Positions 26,510 through 37,060 of a stretch of 64,000 bases of DNA are shown one piece after another (the stretch's first letter is position 1; every line of letters starts with the position of its first letter). The notes beneath the pieces are model-generated. The model saw only the letters and a list, made by a program, of their open reading frames with translations, did not search any database and was not told the origin of the DNA. Source of the stretch: Escherichia phage NHEP1. The stretch is from the sequence record PQ511146.1. The stretch is one strand, 5' to 3'. The position numbers and the translations under genes were made by a program.

Positions 26510-27316
26510 TTGAGCAAGAAAGAGTCCAACGACAAATATTACACAGACCCCGAGTATGCAGAATATCTTGTTGGTAAAGTAAAAGGTAAGTATGGGAATT
26601 GTGCATACGTTGAGCCTTCTGCTGGAAAGGGTTCTTTTTCAAAACTATTTTCAGAGATACTGTCGTATGATTTGGTACCAGATCCTGAATTTGAAGGCCC
26701 AACCCCGTGTATTAAGGCAAACTTCTTAGAGGTGTACCCCAAGGCCGATGTATTCATAGGTAATCCTCCATTCGGCAAAAATTCGTCTTTAGCTTGCAAG
26801 TTCTTTAACCACTGTGCATCATTGCTAGAGCCTGGTGGAGCTATAGCCTTCATCTTGCCACGGACTTTTGAAAAAATATTTTTTGCAAACAAACTGGACA
26901 TGTCGATGCACCTTATTTACAGCGAAAGGTGCCCCAAGAACTCGTTTTTACTTAACGGCAAACCTTATGACGTGCCATGTGTTTTCCAAATTTGGGAGAA
27001 AAAGGTGTGCAATAGGGACCCTGTAGAGATCGGGGAGAATAAGTTATTTTCTTTTAGCACACCGGACGATTACGACTTCTGTATAAGACGTGTTGGGTAT
27101 AATGCTGGGAAAGTATTGGGAGATGATGACCCAAAATCTGAAGAATCAACATATTTCATAAAATCTTTAGTTGATGGTGTTGACAGAGTGTTTGTTGAGT
27201 GCTATTCTTCTTTTCAAGAAGAAGCAGGTAAGACTGCTGGAATGAAGAGTATAGGCAAGAAAGAACTACAATACATTTTGGAGACCAGGTATGATCAAAA
27301 GCATAGACTTGACTAA
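26510..27316 (+). CDS. N6-adenine DNA methyltransferase
   Basis: AdoMet motif VEPSAGKGSF and catalytic NPPF (FIGNPPFGK); start set at TTG 26510 after GGAGG because the track start 26480 lies inside the terminator hairpin. Confidence 0.6.
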   Translation: MSKKESNDKYYTDPEYAEYLVGKVKGKYGNCAYVEPSAGKGSFSKLFSEILSYDLVPDPEFEGPTPCIKANFLEVYPKADVFIGNPPFGKNSSLACKFFNHCASLLEPGGAIAFILPRTFEKIFFANKLDMSMHLIYSERCPKNSFLLNGKPYDVPCVFQIWEKKVCNRDPVEIGENKLFSFSTPDDYDFCIRRVGYNAGKVLGDDDPKSEESTYFIKSLVDGVDRVFVECYSSFQEEAGKTAGMKSIGKKELQYILETRYDQKHRLD

Positions 27317-27749
27317 AGAGCTTACCGATGCAAAAGCTTTTGGTGAGACAGCCGTGCAAAGGGGGCAGGCTATGGGGCTGGCACTACCTTTTGTCTTAAA
27401 AGAGCATTTTACAGATTTTCAGCTTATCCGGGGTGAAAAGGGTATGCTTATTCTGGAACATAAGCTGAGTAAGAAACGTTATAAAGTTGTTTTTAATTCT
27501 AAAGCTCCAACAAAACTTGGATTCAGAACTTACAATCTCAACCCTTCTTATACTAAGGGTGTTGGAAGAGTGGAGCAGCAGCATTTCAGTGCTAGAGCTT
27601 CTTTAGCCCCTTTGATGATAAATTTCTCAGGTGTGGCTTTAGGATACCTAGATAAGAAAAGAGTTCTTCATGTTCGTTTTACAGACTTCGTAACGCTTTT
27701 AGCTAACAACGAAGTAGATGAAAAGGGACGTGTAAAAACAAACTTCTAA
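27291..27749 (+). CDS. hypothetical protein
   Basis: 152-aa ORF. Confidence 0.45.
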   Translation: MIKSIDLTKELTDAKAFGETAVQRGQAMGLALPFVLKEHFTDFQLIRGEKGMLILEHKLSKKRYKVVFNSKAPTKLGFRTYNLNPSYTKGVGRVEQQHFSARASLAPLMINFSGVALGYLDKKRVLHVRFTDFVTLLANNEVDEKGRVKTNF

Positions 27750-27764
27750 TAACGTGCAGTATGA

Positions 27765-27968
27765 TTGGAGACCGCAATGACACCAGAGTTAACAATTCCA
27801 GACAGCTTTTCAGAAAGCTTTATCCCAGAAATGATGAAGAAGATGCGATCACTGCTTGATCAGATTGAGGAGGCTGTTTGGGAAGACGATGCTGTAGTAG
27901 CTAACGAGCTGGTAGATAAGTGTAAAAGTATTATTGATGCAGTTGAAGAATACCACGGAGGTTTTTAA
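27765..27968 (+). CDS. hypothetical small acidic protein
   Basis: 67-aa ORF. Confidence 0.4.
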   Translation: METAMTPELTIPDSFSESFIPEMMKKMRSLLDQIEEAVWEDDAVVANELVDKCKSIIDAVEEYHGGF

Positions 27969-28570
27969 TGGATATTATTGTTCTCAATGCTCCACCAAGT
28001 TCTGGAAAAGACCATATCGCAGATCTTTTGTTGGAAGCCATTCCAAACTCGCATCACCGCGAGGTAAAGGAAATGCTATTCAGTGTGGCAATTAAGGCAG
28101 CGGGTATTTCACCACAGTTGTGGAATGCACTCTATGATCGCCGCTACAAAGAAGAACCGTGCCCGTTCTTAATGATAGACGGAAAGCATGTTTCTCCGCG
28201 AGAATGGATGATTCATTGTAGTGAAAATCTGATTAAACCTATCTTTGGTGAAGACGCTTTCGGTAAGGCCGCAGTCGCATCCTTGAAGAAAGATTTCCCT
28301 GAAGGTAAAGGGGTTGTTGTTTACTCCGATGGTGGCTTCAAAGAGGAGCTGGCATGCCTTGGCGAGTACGCATACAGCACAGGTGGCGATCTTCTACTGT
28401 TCCGTATCCACCGTGCAGGATATGATTGGGGAAATGATTCCAGAACTTACCTTAGCCTAGAGAAGAACGGGATAAAAGGTATCGAGTTTGATGTTGTTAA
28501 CCCTGAGGGGTCTCCTTGGGAGTGCGCATCTGAGATTGTGTGCAAGTATATTGATGCTAAAGAGGTCTGA
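27968..28570 (+). CDS. P-loop nucleotide kinase (dNMP kinase-like)
   Basis: N-terminal Walker A IIVLNAPPSSGKDHIADLL resembles T4 gp1 dNMP kinase start. Confidence 0.5.
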   Translation: MDIIVLNAPPSSGKDHIADLLLEAIPNSHHREVKEMLFSVAIKAAGISPQLWNALYDRRYKEEPCPFLMIDGKHVSPREWMIHCSENLIKPIFGEDAFGKAAVASLKKDFPEGKGVVVYSDGGFKEELACLGEYAYSTGGDLLLFRIHRAGYDWGNDSRTYLSLEKNGIKGIEFDVVNPEGSPWECASEIVCKYIDAKEV

Positions 28571-28575
28571 GAACA

Positions 28576-29169
28576 ATGCTGATCGGAATTGATGTAGATT
28601 TAACACTGGTAGACTCAGGAACAGCATGGTGGGAGTGGCTAGAGCGTTTATATGGTCCAGCCAGTAAGACAGTCGCTAAACCTTCTAACGGACTGATGTA
28701 TTACGATCTGTCAAAGTATTGGCCTGATCGCCCCAAAGAAAACATCATAGGGCCTTTTGATTTCTGGAGTGACCCGTTCCTCTACGACTTTCTTAAGCCT
28801 GAGGAGGGGGCTATTGAGGTTATGAAAGATTTGGTGGCTCGTGGTCACAAGCTTGCATTTATCTCTGTATGCAAGAAAGGTCACCTTGCATCTAAATCAA
28901 GGTTCTTAAAGCGTTGGACCAGCGATTTTATGGATCTGGACGATCACACCCAGGGTCACGGCTTCTACGCCACACATTTCAAAGGTAATGTGGCTGTAGA
29001 TGTTATAATTGACGACAGGCATGAATACCTGAACCAATTCGCTTCACGCCCTGAAGTTATTAAAATCTTAAAAGACACCCCTTATGAGCAATTCGAGGAG
29101 TTGAAGGTTAGTGTTGACTATACCGCTAACAGCTGGTATAAAATAGGGAAGTTTTTAGAAGGTATTTGA
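28576..29169 (+). CDS. HAD-superfamily phosphatase (5'-nucleotidase candidate)
   Basis: Motif I IGIDVDLTLVDS (DxDxT) at N-terminus. Confidence 0.55.
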   Translation: MLIGIDVDLTLVDSGTAWWEWLERLYGPASKTVAKPSNGLMYYDLSKYWPDRPKENIIGPFDFWSDPFLYDFLKPEEGAIEVMKDLVARGHKLAFISVCKKGHLASKSRFLKRWTSDFMDLDDHTQGHGFYATHFKGNVAVDVIIDDRHEYLNQFASRPEVIKILKDTPYEQFEELKVSVDYTANSWYKIGKFLEGI

Positions 29170-29170
29170 A

Positions 29171-29371
29171 ATGGGCAGATGTTCTAAGGGTGGCGATCCT
29201 GTAGTCAGATACGGTGATTGGCTAGAGGTGTATGATCTGGGTGGTAAGCTGGTGTATGCTTCTAGGATCACCCAAGATATGTGCTCCGATATGTTCAACA
29301 GATACCTTGCATTTAAGGCCAACATAAACCCAGACGAAATTTCCAAAATTAAAACAAGGAGAGCTAAATAA
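29171..29371 (+). CDS. hypothetical protein
   Basis: 66-aa ORF between HAD gene and thyX. Confidence 0.4.
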   Translation: MGRCSKGGDPVVRYGDWLEVYDLGGKLVYASRITQDMCSDMFNRYLAFKANINPDEISKIKTRRAK

Positions 29372-30354
29372 TGCTAAAACTGTGCACTGCAAAGATTATT
29401 GCCGACAGCATTTCCGAGAAAGGTAAGCGTATCACCACTTTTGAGCTAGAATATCCTCGAATTATTCACTCAGAGCTTATGACACATCGAGTGTTCAGCC
29501 GAAACGCTATGTCTTCTCGTGCAGTTCCTGTCGGTAAGATGCTGCAGCAGATCGTGGAGAATCCGGCAATGCCAGTTCGCTTCGGTGTAAATAAGCGAGG
29601 GATGGAAGATGGTGGGGAACACGATCAAAAGATCCGTGTAGAGTATACCGACATGGAGTTAACTCCTGAAGAGTTTTGGAAAGAAGCTGCAAAAAACGCC
29701 GCGTGGCATGCAGAGAAGTTCGCCCTTGCTGGTTACCATAAGCAAGTATGTAATCGCTTAGTGGAGCCGTTTCAGCGCATGAAAACAGTTGTAACAAGCA
29801 CCGAGTGGAATAATTTTTTCCACCTGCGTTGCTGGCACGATGCTGATCCTACGATTCAGATGCTGGCTAATTGTATGTGGGATGCTCTTATGAATAGCAC
29901 TCCTGAAACCCTTAAACCGGGTCAATGGCACACCCCATATGTAGAGCACGTTTATTTGGACGGTGAGTTTAACTATGCCGTGCGTGACACAGAAGGGAAG
30001 CTATGCATTCTCGATACTGGAGAAGCTCTATCTATTAGTGCGAGCTGCTGTGCACAAGTATCTTATCGCAATATTGACAGCACGTTTGAAAAAGCAGATA
30101 GTGTGGCTAAAAAATTGATTGGTGGGGATCGTATTCATGCAAGCCCTTACGAGCACCAGGCGACACCTATGGATCACGATAATGCAATGGAACGTTTAAA
30201 CTACTACCTGTCTTCATGTGAAATCACACAAGATAGTTGTGTTTGGCAGGAAGGTGTAACCCATCAAGACCGTGATGGTAAATTCTGGTCTGCCAACTTT
30301 TGTGGGTGGGTTCAGCACAGACAGTTGCTTAATAACCACTTCATGAAAGGGTAA
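29371..30354 (+). CDS. thyX: flavin-dependent thymidylate synthase ThyX
   Basis: ThyX signature RHR...S.R (THRVFSRNAMSSRA); AAGGAG RBS. Confidence 0.85.
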   Translation: MLKLCTAKIIADSISEKGKRITTFELEYPRIIHSELMTHRVFSRNAMSSRAVPVGKMLQQIVENPAMPVRFGVNKRGMEDGGEHDQKIRVEYTDMELTPEEFWKEAAKNAAWHAEKFALAGYHKQVCNRLVEPFQRMKTVVTSTEWNNFFHLRCWHDADPTIQMLANCMWDALMNSTPETLKPGQWHTPYVEHVYLDGEFNYAVRDTEGKLCILDTGEALSISASCCAQVSYRNIDSTFEKADSVAKKLIGGDRIHASPYEHQATPMDHDNAMERLNYYLSSCEITQDSCVWQEGVTHQDRDGKFWSANFCGWVQHRQLLNNHFMKG

Positions 30355-30383
30355 GCCTATCACAGCGATAGGTAACTTTTGTG

Positions 30384-30412
30384 TTGACTAATAGCATTAG
30401 ATAATCTATAAT
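30384..30412 (+). promoter_or_regulatory. sigma70-like promoter (near-consensus)
   Basis: TTGACT (30384-30389) N17 TATAAT (30407-30412). Confidence 0.65.
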
Positions 30413-30452
30413 AGTGGCTCACTTTGTTGGTGAGCCAGAAAGGGAGACAGAT

Positions 30453-30914
30453 ATGAGTGATGTTATGATTCCTAAAAAGACATTTATTTCAGTTACTTTA
30501 GATTTCCTATCTACCGTTCCTGGGTTTAACGTTCGCACACGAAACGGTCTTCGAGCTGCACTCTTTGCCGTAGGGTTTGATTTAAAAAATATTGATGTTC
30601 TTCGTGGAAAAAACGTTAGATGCAAAAATAAACCAACTCATTATCGAAAGGCAGATGTATTTGCTGGTGTCATGCGCGCAGACTTTAGATACCCACAAAT
30701 GTATAATGGTGTAGATATTCTAGATGTAGATAAAGCACCCGGTGAGACAATGCTTGTTCAAGATCTTCCGTATGATATCCCCGTAGAGGATCGTGTCAAT
30801 GTAAGAAAGTATACAAAACAATCTGAAAAGGCTGAAGATATTCATATTGTTGATGAACCTTTCAATTTTGAAGATCTGCATCGCCTGGAAAAATTATTCG
30901 GTATTGAAAGCTAA
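30453..30914 (+). CDS. hypothetical protein
   Basis: Start moved to ATG 30453 (AAGGGAGA RBS) because the track start 30414 falls at the promoter -10. Confidence 0.5.
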   Translation: MSDVMIPKKTFISVTLDFLSTVPGFNVRTRNGLRAALFAVGFDLKNIDVLRGKNVRCKNKPTHYRKADVFAGVMRADFRYPQMYNGVDILDVDKAPGETMLVQDLPYDIPVEDRVNVRKYTKQSEKAEDIHIVDEPFNFEDLHRLEKLFGIES

Positions 30915-30924
30915 GGTGGTGAAG

Positions 30925-31155
30925 ATGAGTCATAACTCCAAGTGGAAGGATCTTGGTTTTGCAAGTCGGGCAGAATATGTTGGTTGGCTTTGGTTCAATG
31001 GCCTGACAAACGATATTAAAATGTATGATGATGTTTATTATGACGAGTATACAGGTAAAATTATAAATATCTCTGTAGAAGAGGATACCTTTACCCAACA
31101 AGATACTGATACCTGCCTTGATAAATACGTTGATGAAGTGGAGGAAGCAAATTGA
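30925..31155 (+). CDS. hypothetical small acidic protein
   Basis: ORF 30847-31155 trimmed to ATG 30925 with AAGGTGG RBS. Confidence 0.4.
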   Translation: MSHNSKWKDLGFASRAEYVGWLWFNGLTNDIKMYDDVYYDEYTGKIINISVEEDTFTQQDTDTCLDKYVDEVEEAN

Positions 31156-33467
31156 TCACCAAGGTAATTAAAAGCAACGGATGTGAAGTGGCATTCGATC
31201 CGGAACGTTTAAATAAGGCAGCTATTTTCGGTGACGACGGTAACGGCAATTGGTCACATATTGCACTTGATGCATACAAACGGCTGTATGATGGATGCAC
31301 AACCAAAGAAGTTAACCAAGCTATTATAGACTCCTGTGTTAGCCGTAAGGATGAAGCACATTCTCGTATGGCTGGTCGTGTTCTTATCGGTCAGATTTAT
31401 AAAGAGGCTTTTGGAGGATTCACAAAGATCCCTTCCTTACCATCATTTTACAATACCATGGTTGATAAAGGGTATTGGGAGGATATGGGTTATAGCTTTA
31501 CCGAGTTAAACACTTTAGACACTGTTATTGATCACAGTAAAGACCTTGGTTATGGCTATGCAGTCCTTAAACAGTTTCGAGACAAATACGGGATCAAGGA
31601 TACTCTTAAAGACACCCTGTTCGAATCTCCACAGATGATGTTTATGGGGATAGCGATGGCTGTCATGAAAAATATGCCGAAAGAACGCCGTATTGACGAT
31701 GTTGTAAAATTATACACTTATCTGTCAGACTTAAAGATCAATGCCCCGACACCGTACTTAAACGGTCTACGCACAGGCAAGACAGGGTATGCATCTTGTT
31801 GTGTAATAAAAGCTGACGATACAGCAAAATCTATTGGTGTGGCACGTGAAGTTGCATACACAATGACGGTTAACCAAGCAGGTATTGGCTACTATTTATC
31901 ATCAAGATCTGCAGGTGATGGTGTTCGTGGTAACACTATTAAACATATGGGCAAGATTCCATATTATCGAGGTATTGATGCTGGGGTTAAGGAGAACAGA
32001 CAACAATCACGTGGCGGTTCTGCAACAGTATCATTCCTTGCACTGGACCCGCAGATTGATGAGCTAATCCGTTTGAGAAACCCTATGACTGTTGCTTCAA
32101 AAAGAATCAACACCATGGACTACTCTATAGGTATTAATAGGTCGTTTATCAACCGTGTGGCTAAGAATTTAGATTGGATGCTTGTTTCTTATAAGCACGC
32201 GCCTCAACTGCATGAGGGTATCTTCACCATGTCTATGGAGGAGTTTGATGCAGAGGTTGATCGTATCGCTAAAGATGACAGTATTCCTAAAACATGGATC
32301 CGAGCTAGAGATCTTGCTGTTGAGCTGATCACGCAGCGTACCGAGGTTGGAAGGCTGTACGTATACTGGACAGATGAGATGAATAGACATACACCTTTTA
32401 AAGATGTAATCTATTCAAGTAACCTGTGTGCAGAAATAGCCCTCCCGACAAAAGGCTATTCAGATATGCGTAATATCTTCAAGTACGATGTTGATGATGG
32501 CGAAGTTGCATTGTGCTTCCTGTCATCTCTTGTAGCTGGAAGGGTTACCCCAGAGGAGTATGAGGATGTTGCATACTACACGGTGCTTATGATTGACAAT
32601 GTTATGGAAATCATGACATATCCGTATGAAAATATGGAGAGCACTGTTAAAAAACGCAGATCCATTGGGGTTGGCCTTACTAATGTTGCACATTTTATTG
32701 CCAGCCACAAGGTTACTTACGGATCTCCTGAAAGTAAACAGCTTGTTCACGATCTTGCAGAGCTCCACAGCTACAGCTTGCATAAGGCAAGTTTACGATT
32801 GGCAAAAGAGCGTGGTGTCTGTGAGTGGATGCATAAAACAAAATACCCGGAGGGTTGGTTACCAATCGACACCTATAACAAAGAGGTCGATAGTGTGGTG
32901 AAAGATCCTTCTCTTAAGCAGGATTGGGAAGGGTTACGTAAAGAAATCATTGAAAATGGTGGGCTACGTAATAGCGTTCTTGAAGCATATATGCCTAATG
33001 AAAGCTCTTCGCTGGCAACAAACACCACTAACGGGGTTTATCCTGTCCGTGAGCACATTATCTTTAAAAAGTCGCCACAAGGTCAGGTGCTGTTTATCGT
33101 TCCTGAATATGATGAACTGAAAGAGTATTATACCTCGGCTTGGGACGTTGATACTAACGACATGATTGATATGTATGCTGTGATTCAAAAATTCACAGGG
33201 CAGGCAATCAGTGCTGACCTATATATTGATTACACCAAGTTGAAAGATGGTAAAATTTCAATGAAGGAGCAGCTGGGGTATCTTATCCGTGCTACTAAAT
33301 TCGGGATGAAGACATGGTATTACTTAAACTCTCGGGTTGGTGCTGGTGACTCTTTGACAGAGGAGCTTCACGCGAAGAAACAGGCTGAAGATGAAACCAG
33401 AAAGAACTATCCTTTGATTGCAGATAGTTCAGTTGAAGGTCCATATTGCGAAAGTTGTGCACTGTAA
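31152..33467 (+). CDS. nrdA: ribonucleotide reductase class Ia large subunit NrdA
   Basis: 771 aa; ATP-cone start VIKSNGCEVAFDPERLNKA; followed by nrdB; TTG start after GAGGAAG. Confidence 0.9.
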   Translation: MITKVIKSNGCEVAFDPERLNKAAIFGDDGNGNWSHIALDAYKRLYDGCTTKEVNQAIIDSCVSRKDEAHSRMAGRVLIGQIYKEAFGGFTKIPSLPSFYNTMVDKGYWEDMGYSFTELNTLDTVIDHSKDLGYGYAVLKQFRDKYGIKDTLKDTLFESPQMMFMGIAMAVMKNMPKERRIDDVVKLYTYLSDLKINAPTPYLNGLRTGKTGYASCCVIKADDTAKSIGVAREVAYTMTVNQAGIGYYLSSRSAGDGVRGNTIKHMGKIPYYRGIDAGVKENRQQSRGGSATVSFLALDPQIDELIRLRNPMTVASKRINTMDYSIGINRSFINRVAKNLDWMLVSYKHAPQLHEGIFTMSMEEFDAEVDRIAKDDSIPKTWIRARDLAVELITQRTEVGRLYVYWTDEMNRHTPFKDVIYSSNLCAEIALPTKGYSDMRNIFKYDVDDGEVALCFLSSLVAGRVTPEEYEDVAYYTVLMIDNVMEIMTYPYENMESTVKKRRSIGVGLTNVAHFIASHKVTYGSPESKQLVHDLAELHSYSLHKASLRLAKERGVCEWMHKTKYPEGWLPIDTYNKEVDSVVKDPSLKQDWEGLRKEIIENGGLRNSVLEAYMPNESSSLATNTTNGVYPVREHIIFKKSPQGQVLFIVPEYDELKEYYTSAWDVDTNDMIDMYAVIQKFTGQAISADLYIDYTKLKDGKISMKEQLGYLIRATKFGMKTWYYLNSRVGAGDSLTEELHAKKQAEDETRKNYPLIADSSVEGPYCESCAL

Positions 33468-33475
33468 TTTAAAAA

Positions 33476-33494
33476 GGGGCTTCGGCCCCATTTT
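33476..33494 (+). terminator. intercistronic stem-loop (partial terminator or processing site) between nrdA and nrdB
   Basis: GGGGC-TTCG-GCCCC followed by ATTTTA. Confidence 0.4.
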
Positions 33495-33506
33495 AGAGGT
33501 AGAATA

Positions 33507-34595
33507 ATGGCTGTATTTAATACTGAGAACACTGCTCATAAAACTGGTGATTATCCGCTGTTTTTAGGACAGCAGATGGGGATGTACGACTCTATTAACA
33601 AAAAGTACCCACAGCTGTTTGAACTATACAAAAAACAAAAAGAACAAGATTGGGCAGAGGACGAAGTAGATTTGTCACAGTCTATTTCGGATTTCGTAAC
33701 ATGCTCAAAGTCAACTTACGATGTGATGGTGCAGACACTTATGTGGCAATGGGAGGCAGACAGTGTTGCAGCAAGATCTATCATTTGTCTGTTTTCACCA
33801 TTTATCACCAATAGTGAACTTTTCACCTTGTTGATGAAGCAGTCTGAGATTGAGGTTCTTCATGCACTAACTTACTCAGAGATTGTTAGACAATGCCTTC
33901 CTAATGCTCGTGAGATTATAGAAGAGATTCAGGAAAACCAGAACGTGCTGAGCAGATCTGGAGTTATTGTCAAATACATGCAAGAGCTTGAGGTTATTGG
34001 TGCAAAATACCGACTGGATCCTTCCAGTGTTGAAGAAGATGTTGTACGGAAATGTATCCTTAGAGCACTTTTTGCACTTTTAGCTCTAGAAAGTATTGAG
34101 TTTATTGCAAGTTTTGCATGTACGTTCGCAGTAGCTGAGCAAGGTATTTTTGTTCAAGTTGCACAACTCGTTCAAAAAATTATGCTTGATGAAATGCTGC
34201 ATTCGAAAGGCGATTTTGCTATCATCGATATCCTGCTTGATGATCCTGCATGGGAGCAAAGCTTTCTTGAGATTAAGGGTGAGTTAAAAGAAATTCTTGA
34301 CGAAGTGCGAATCAAGGAGTACGGTTGGAGTGACTATATTTTCAGCGAAGGAAGAGCAATTATAGGTCTTAACTCACCATTACTTAAAGAATGGGTTGAC
34401 TATAACTGCTCACCGATTTATGATTACTACAACATCGACAAAGACTTTGTGCCGCCAACAAAGGACCCGTTACCGTTTATGCAGGTGTGGATGAAACCTT
34501 CACTGCAACAGACGGCTAACCAGGAAATGTCTAACACCGACTACCGCGTCAACACAACTGTTAATGACGCTGAAGAAGAAATTTGGGAGTTTTAA
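33507..34595 (+). CDS. nrdB: ribonucleotide reductase class Ia small subunit NrdB
   Basis: 362 aa, ferritin-like; position after nrdA. Confidence 0.85.
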   Translation: MAVFNTENTAHKTGDYPLFLGQQMGMYDSINKKYPQLFELYKKQKEQDWAEDEVDLSQSISDFVTCSKSTYDVMVQTLMWQWEADSVAARSIICLFSPFITNSELFTLLMKQSEIEVLHALTYSEIVRQCLPNAREIIEEIQENQNVLSRSGVIVKYMQELEVIGAKYRLDPSSVEEDVVRKCILRALFALLALESIEFIASFACTFAVAEQGIFVQVAQLVQKIMLDEMLHSKGDFAIIDILLDDPAWEQSFLEIKGELKEILDEVRIKEYGWSDYIFSEGRAIIGLNSPLLKEWVDYNCSPIYDYYNIDKDFVPPTKDPLPFMQVWMKPSLQQTANQEMSNTDYRVNTTVNDAEEEIWEF

Positions 34596-34598
34596 TAT

Positions 34599-34877
34599 AT
34601 GAGCTGTGAAAAATCTTTTTTCATTATCATCTACGGTAAGGATAACTGCCCACATTGTGTAAGAGCAAAAGAATTTGCAGCAAGCAAAGGTATACCTTTC
34701 GTATACAAGACGCTTGGTGAAGGATACACAAAAGAAGAGCTTATTGAGAAGTGTAGTCCATTTGTTCCCAGAACGTTGCCTCAGATCTTCTTGGAAAGCA
34801 ACCTTGATAGTGTCCACATCGGTGGTGCTGACGATTTCATCTCTTTTGTTAAGAATGGTTTTGGAGAGAAAAAGTGA
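34599..34877 (+). CDS. glutaredoxin / NrdH-like redoxin
   Basis: N-terminal CPHC active site (IIIYGKDNCPHCVRAKEF), about 90 aa, between nrdB and nrdD. Confidence 0.7.
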   Translation: MSCEKSFFIIIYGKDNCPHCVRAKEFAASKGIPFVYKTLGEGYTKEELIEKCSPFVPRTLPQIFLESNLDSVHIGGADDFISFVKNGFGEKK

Positions 34878-36997
34878 AAATTGTAAAACGGGACGGTAGA
34901 GAAGAGGTCTATAACGGAGTTAAGGTAATCAAGGCGGCAGAGTCCGCCTTACTTGAGTCTGGGCATACTGAAGAAGAAGCTTACCGGATCGCTTGTACGG
35001 TTAATGAAGTTGTTGCCAACAATCTACCAACCGACCAGTGCACGATCTCTGTAAAAAATATCCATATCCTTGTTGAAGATGCTCTTATGGATATGGGTTT
35101 AAAATGTGCAGCCAGAGAATATATCCAGTATAGACAGACAAGAGATAATAACAGAGAGGCAGGTGGAAAACTGCTTGCAGATATTAGTGGCTTCTTGGAT
35201 CGAACTTGTGATGAATTTACAAAAGAAAACGCAAATAAGCCCACTAATCATGTACATACTCATCGTGACCTGCTTGCAGGTATCCTTAGCAAACACCTTG
35301 CATCAACACAGATACTGCCAGATCGTGTCTCCGAAGAGCACAACAAGGGATTCATCCATGTGCATGATCTTGACTATCTGATCAGTCCGTTAACAAACTG
35401 CTGTTTGGTGAATTATCCGGATATGCTGGAAAACGGATTCAACATTGGCAACGCCCATGTCAGTAAGCCGAAGTCAATAGGGGTTGCAACAACAATCCTC
35501 AGCCAAATCTCTAGTGCAGTAGCTAGTGCTCAATATGGTGGTCAGACCATGAGCCATATTGATCATTACCTGGCGCAGTATGCTGAAGCAACCTATGAGA
35601 AGAATCTTAAATTTTGTCAGGAACATTGGTTGCCGGATGCTGAGACTGTTGCAATGCAAATGACGGATAAAGACGTGTTTGATAGTATGCAAACTTTGCT
35701 ATACCAAATCAATACGTTAACTTCTGTCAACGGGCAAACCCCATTCATCACATTAAGTTTAGGACTGGATACCTCAATCTTTGGTAGAATGATTACCAAA
35801 AACTACCTGAAAGTCCACAAAATGGGTCTTGGTGAAGAACGTATCACACCTGTGTTCCCTAAGGTGCTGTTCTTCCTGGAGGAGGGTATCAACATGAACC
35901 CTGGGGATCCTAACTATGATTTGAAACGATTAGCTCTGGAATGCTCTGCAGAGCGGATTTATCCTGACTTCGTATCTGTACCACTAAATAGAAAAGTGAC
36001 AGGTTCAACAGAAGGTAATGTCACAAGCATGGGTTGCCGGAGTTTTCTTAGCAAATACAATGACTTGGAAACAGGAGAGGAGAAATACCTTGGCAGATTT
36101 AACTTAGGTGTTGTTAGCCTTAACCTACCAATGATTGCGGCAAAAGCTAAAACGGAAGGTGTTGATTTCTTTGCAGTTCTTGACGAGTACTTGGATCTGG
36201 CATACGAGGCTCACCTTGTAAGGGTTAACCGTCTAAAAGGAACAAAGGCAGGGCAGAACCCCATCATGTGGTGTGAAGGAGCCCTTGCTCGCCTGGATCC
36301 TGAAGAGAGCATTGATAAACTCTTCTATGACGGGTATGCTTCCATAAGTATTGGGTATATTGGTGTGTATGAAACCTGCCAGATTTTAGGCAGAGAGGGA
36401 GACAAGTCCTTAGCTCTTGGGATCCTTCAACACATGAAAGACGCTTGTGATCGGTACAAAAAAGAAAGTGGTCTGGCATTCAGCTTGTACGGCACTCCTT
36501 CAGAGAGCTTGTGCTATAAGGCTGCAACATGTCTAGATCGTGAATACCCTGAAGTGTTGAAGCACGAGCACGAATACCTTACCAACAGTTTCCACCAACC
36601 CGTGTGGATCAATAGCTCACCTTTTGACAAGTGGAAGTATGAGGAAGGTTTTGCTATGATCTCTTCTGGCGGCAACATTGGATACATAGAAACACCTAAC
36701 CTGAAAAACAACCTGGATGCTTTGGAATCCCTTGTCGATTTCGGGTATAAACACATTATGTATTTTGGTATTAACCAACCTGTGGATAAATGTCTTAAGT
36801 GCGGATTCTCTGGTGAGTTCAGTGCAACAGCTAAAGGCTTTGTATGCCCAGAGTGCGGAAACCATGAAGAGGGAACGATCAGTGTGATTAGACGTGTATC
36901 TGGGTATCTGTCCAGTCCAAACTCCCGCCCTTACAATAAGGGTAAGCAGGCTGAGGTTATAGAACGGGTTAAGCACTACGGAAGTTGTGGTTGCTGA
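34874..36997 (+). CDS. nrdD: anaerobic ribonucleotide reductase class III NrdD
   Basis: 707 aa; N-terminal ATP cone (MKIVKRDGREEV), C-terminal glycyl-radical motif RVSGY and Cys cluster. Confidence 0.85.
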   Translation: MKIVKRDGREEVYNGVKVIKAAESALLESGHTEEEAYRIACTVNEVVANNLPTDQCTISVKNIHILVEDALMDMGLKCAAREYIQYRQTRDNNREAGGKLLADISGFLDRTCDEFTKENANKPTNHVHTHRDLLAGILSKHLASTQILPDRVSEEHNKGFIHVHDLDYLISPLTNCCLVNYPDMLENGFNIGNAHVSKPKSIGVATTILSQISSAVASAQYGGQTMSHIDHYLAQYAEATYEKNLKFCQEHWLPDAETVAMQMTDKDVFDSMQTLLYQINTLTSVNGQTPFITLSLGLDTSIFGRMITKNYLKVHKMGLGEERITPVFPKVLFFLEEGINMNPGDPNYDLKRLALECSAERIYPDFVSVPLNRKVTGSTEGNVTSMGCRSFLSKYNDLETGEEKYLGRFNLGVVSLNLPMIAAKAKTEGVDFFAVLDEYLDLAYEAHLVRVNRLKGTKAGQNPIMWCEGALARLDPEESIDKLFYDGYASISIGYIGVYETCQILGREGDKSLALGILQHMKDACDRYKKESGLAFSLYGTPSESLCYKAATCLDREYPEVLKHEHEYLTNSFHQPVWINSSPFDKWKYEEGFAMISSGGNIGYIETPNLKNNLDALESLVDFGYKHIMYFGINQPVDKCLKCGFSGEFSATAKGFVCPECGNHEEGTISVIRRVSGYLSSPNSRPYNKGKQAEVIERVKHYGSCGC

Positions 36998-37060
36998 TAC
37001 TTGACAAAAGTCACAAGGATGTGGCATATTGTTGTCACACAGTAAACTAGGAGGTGCAAT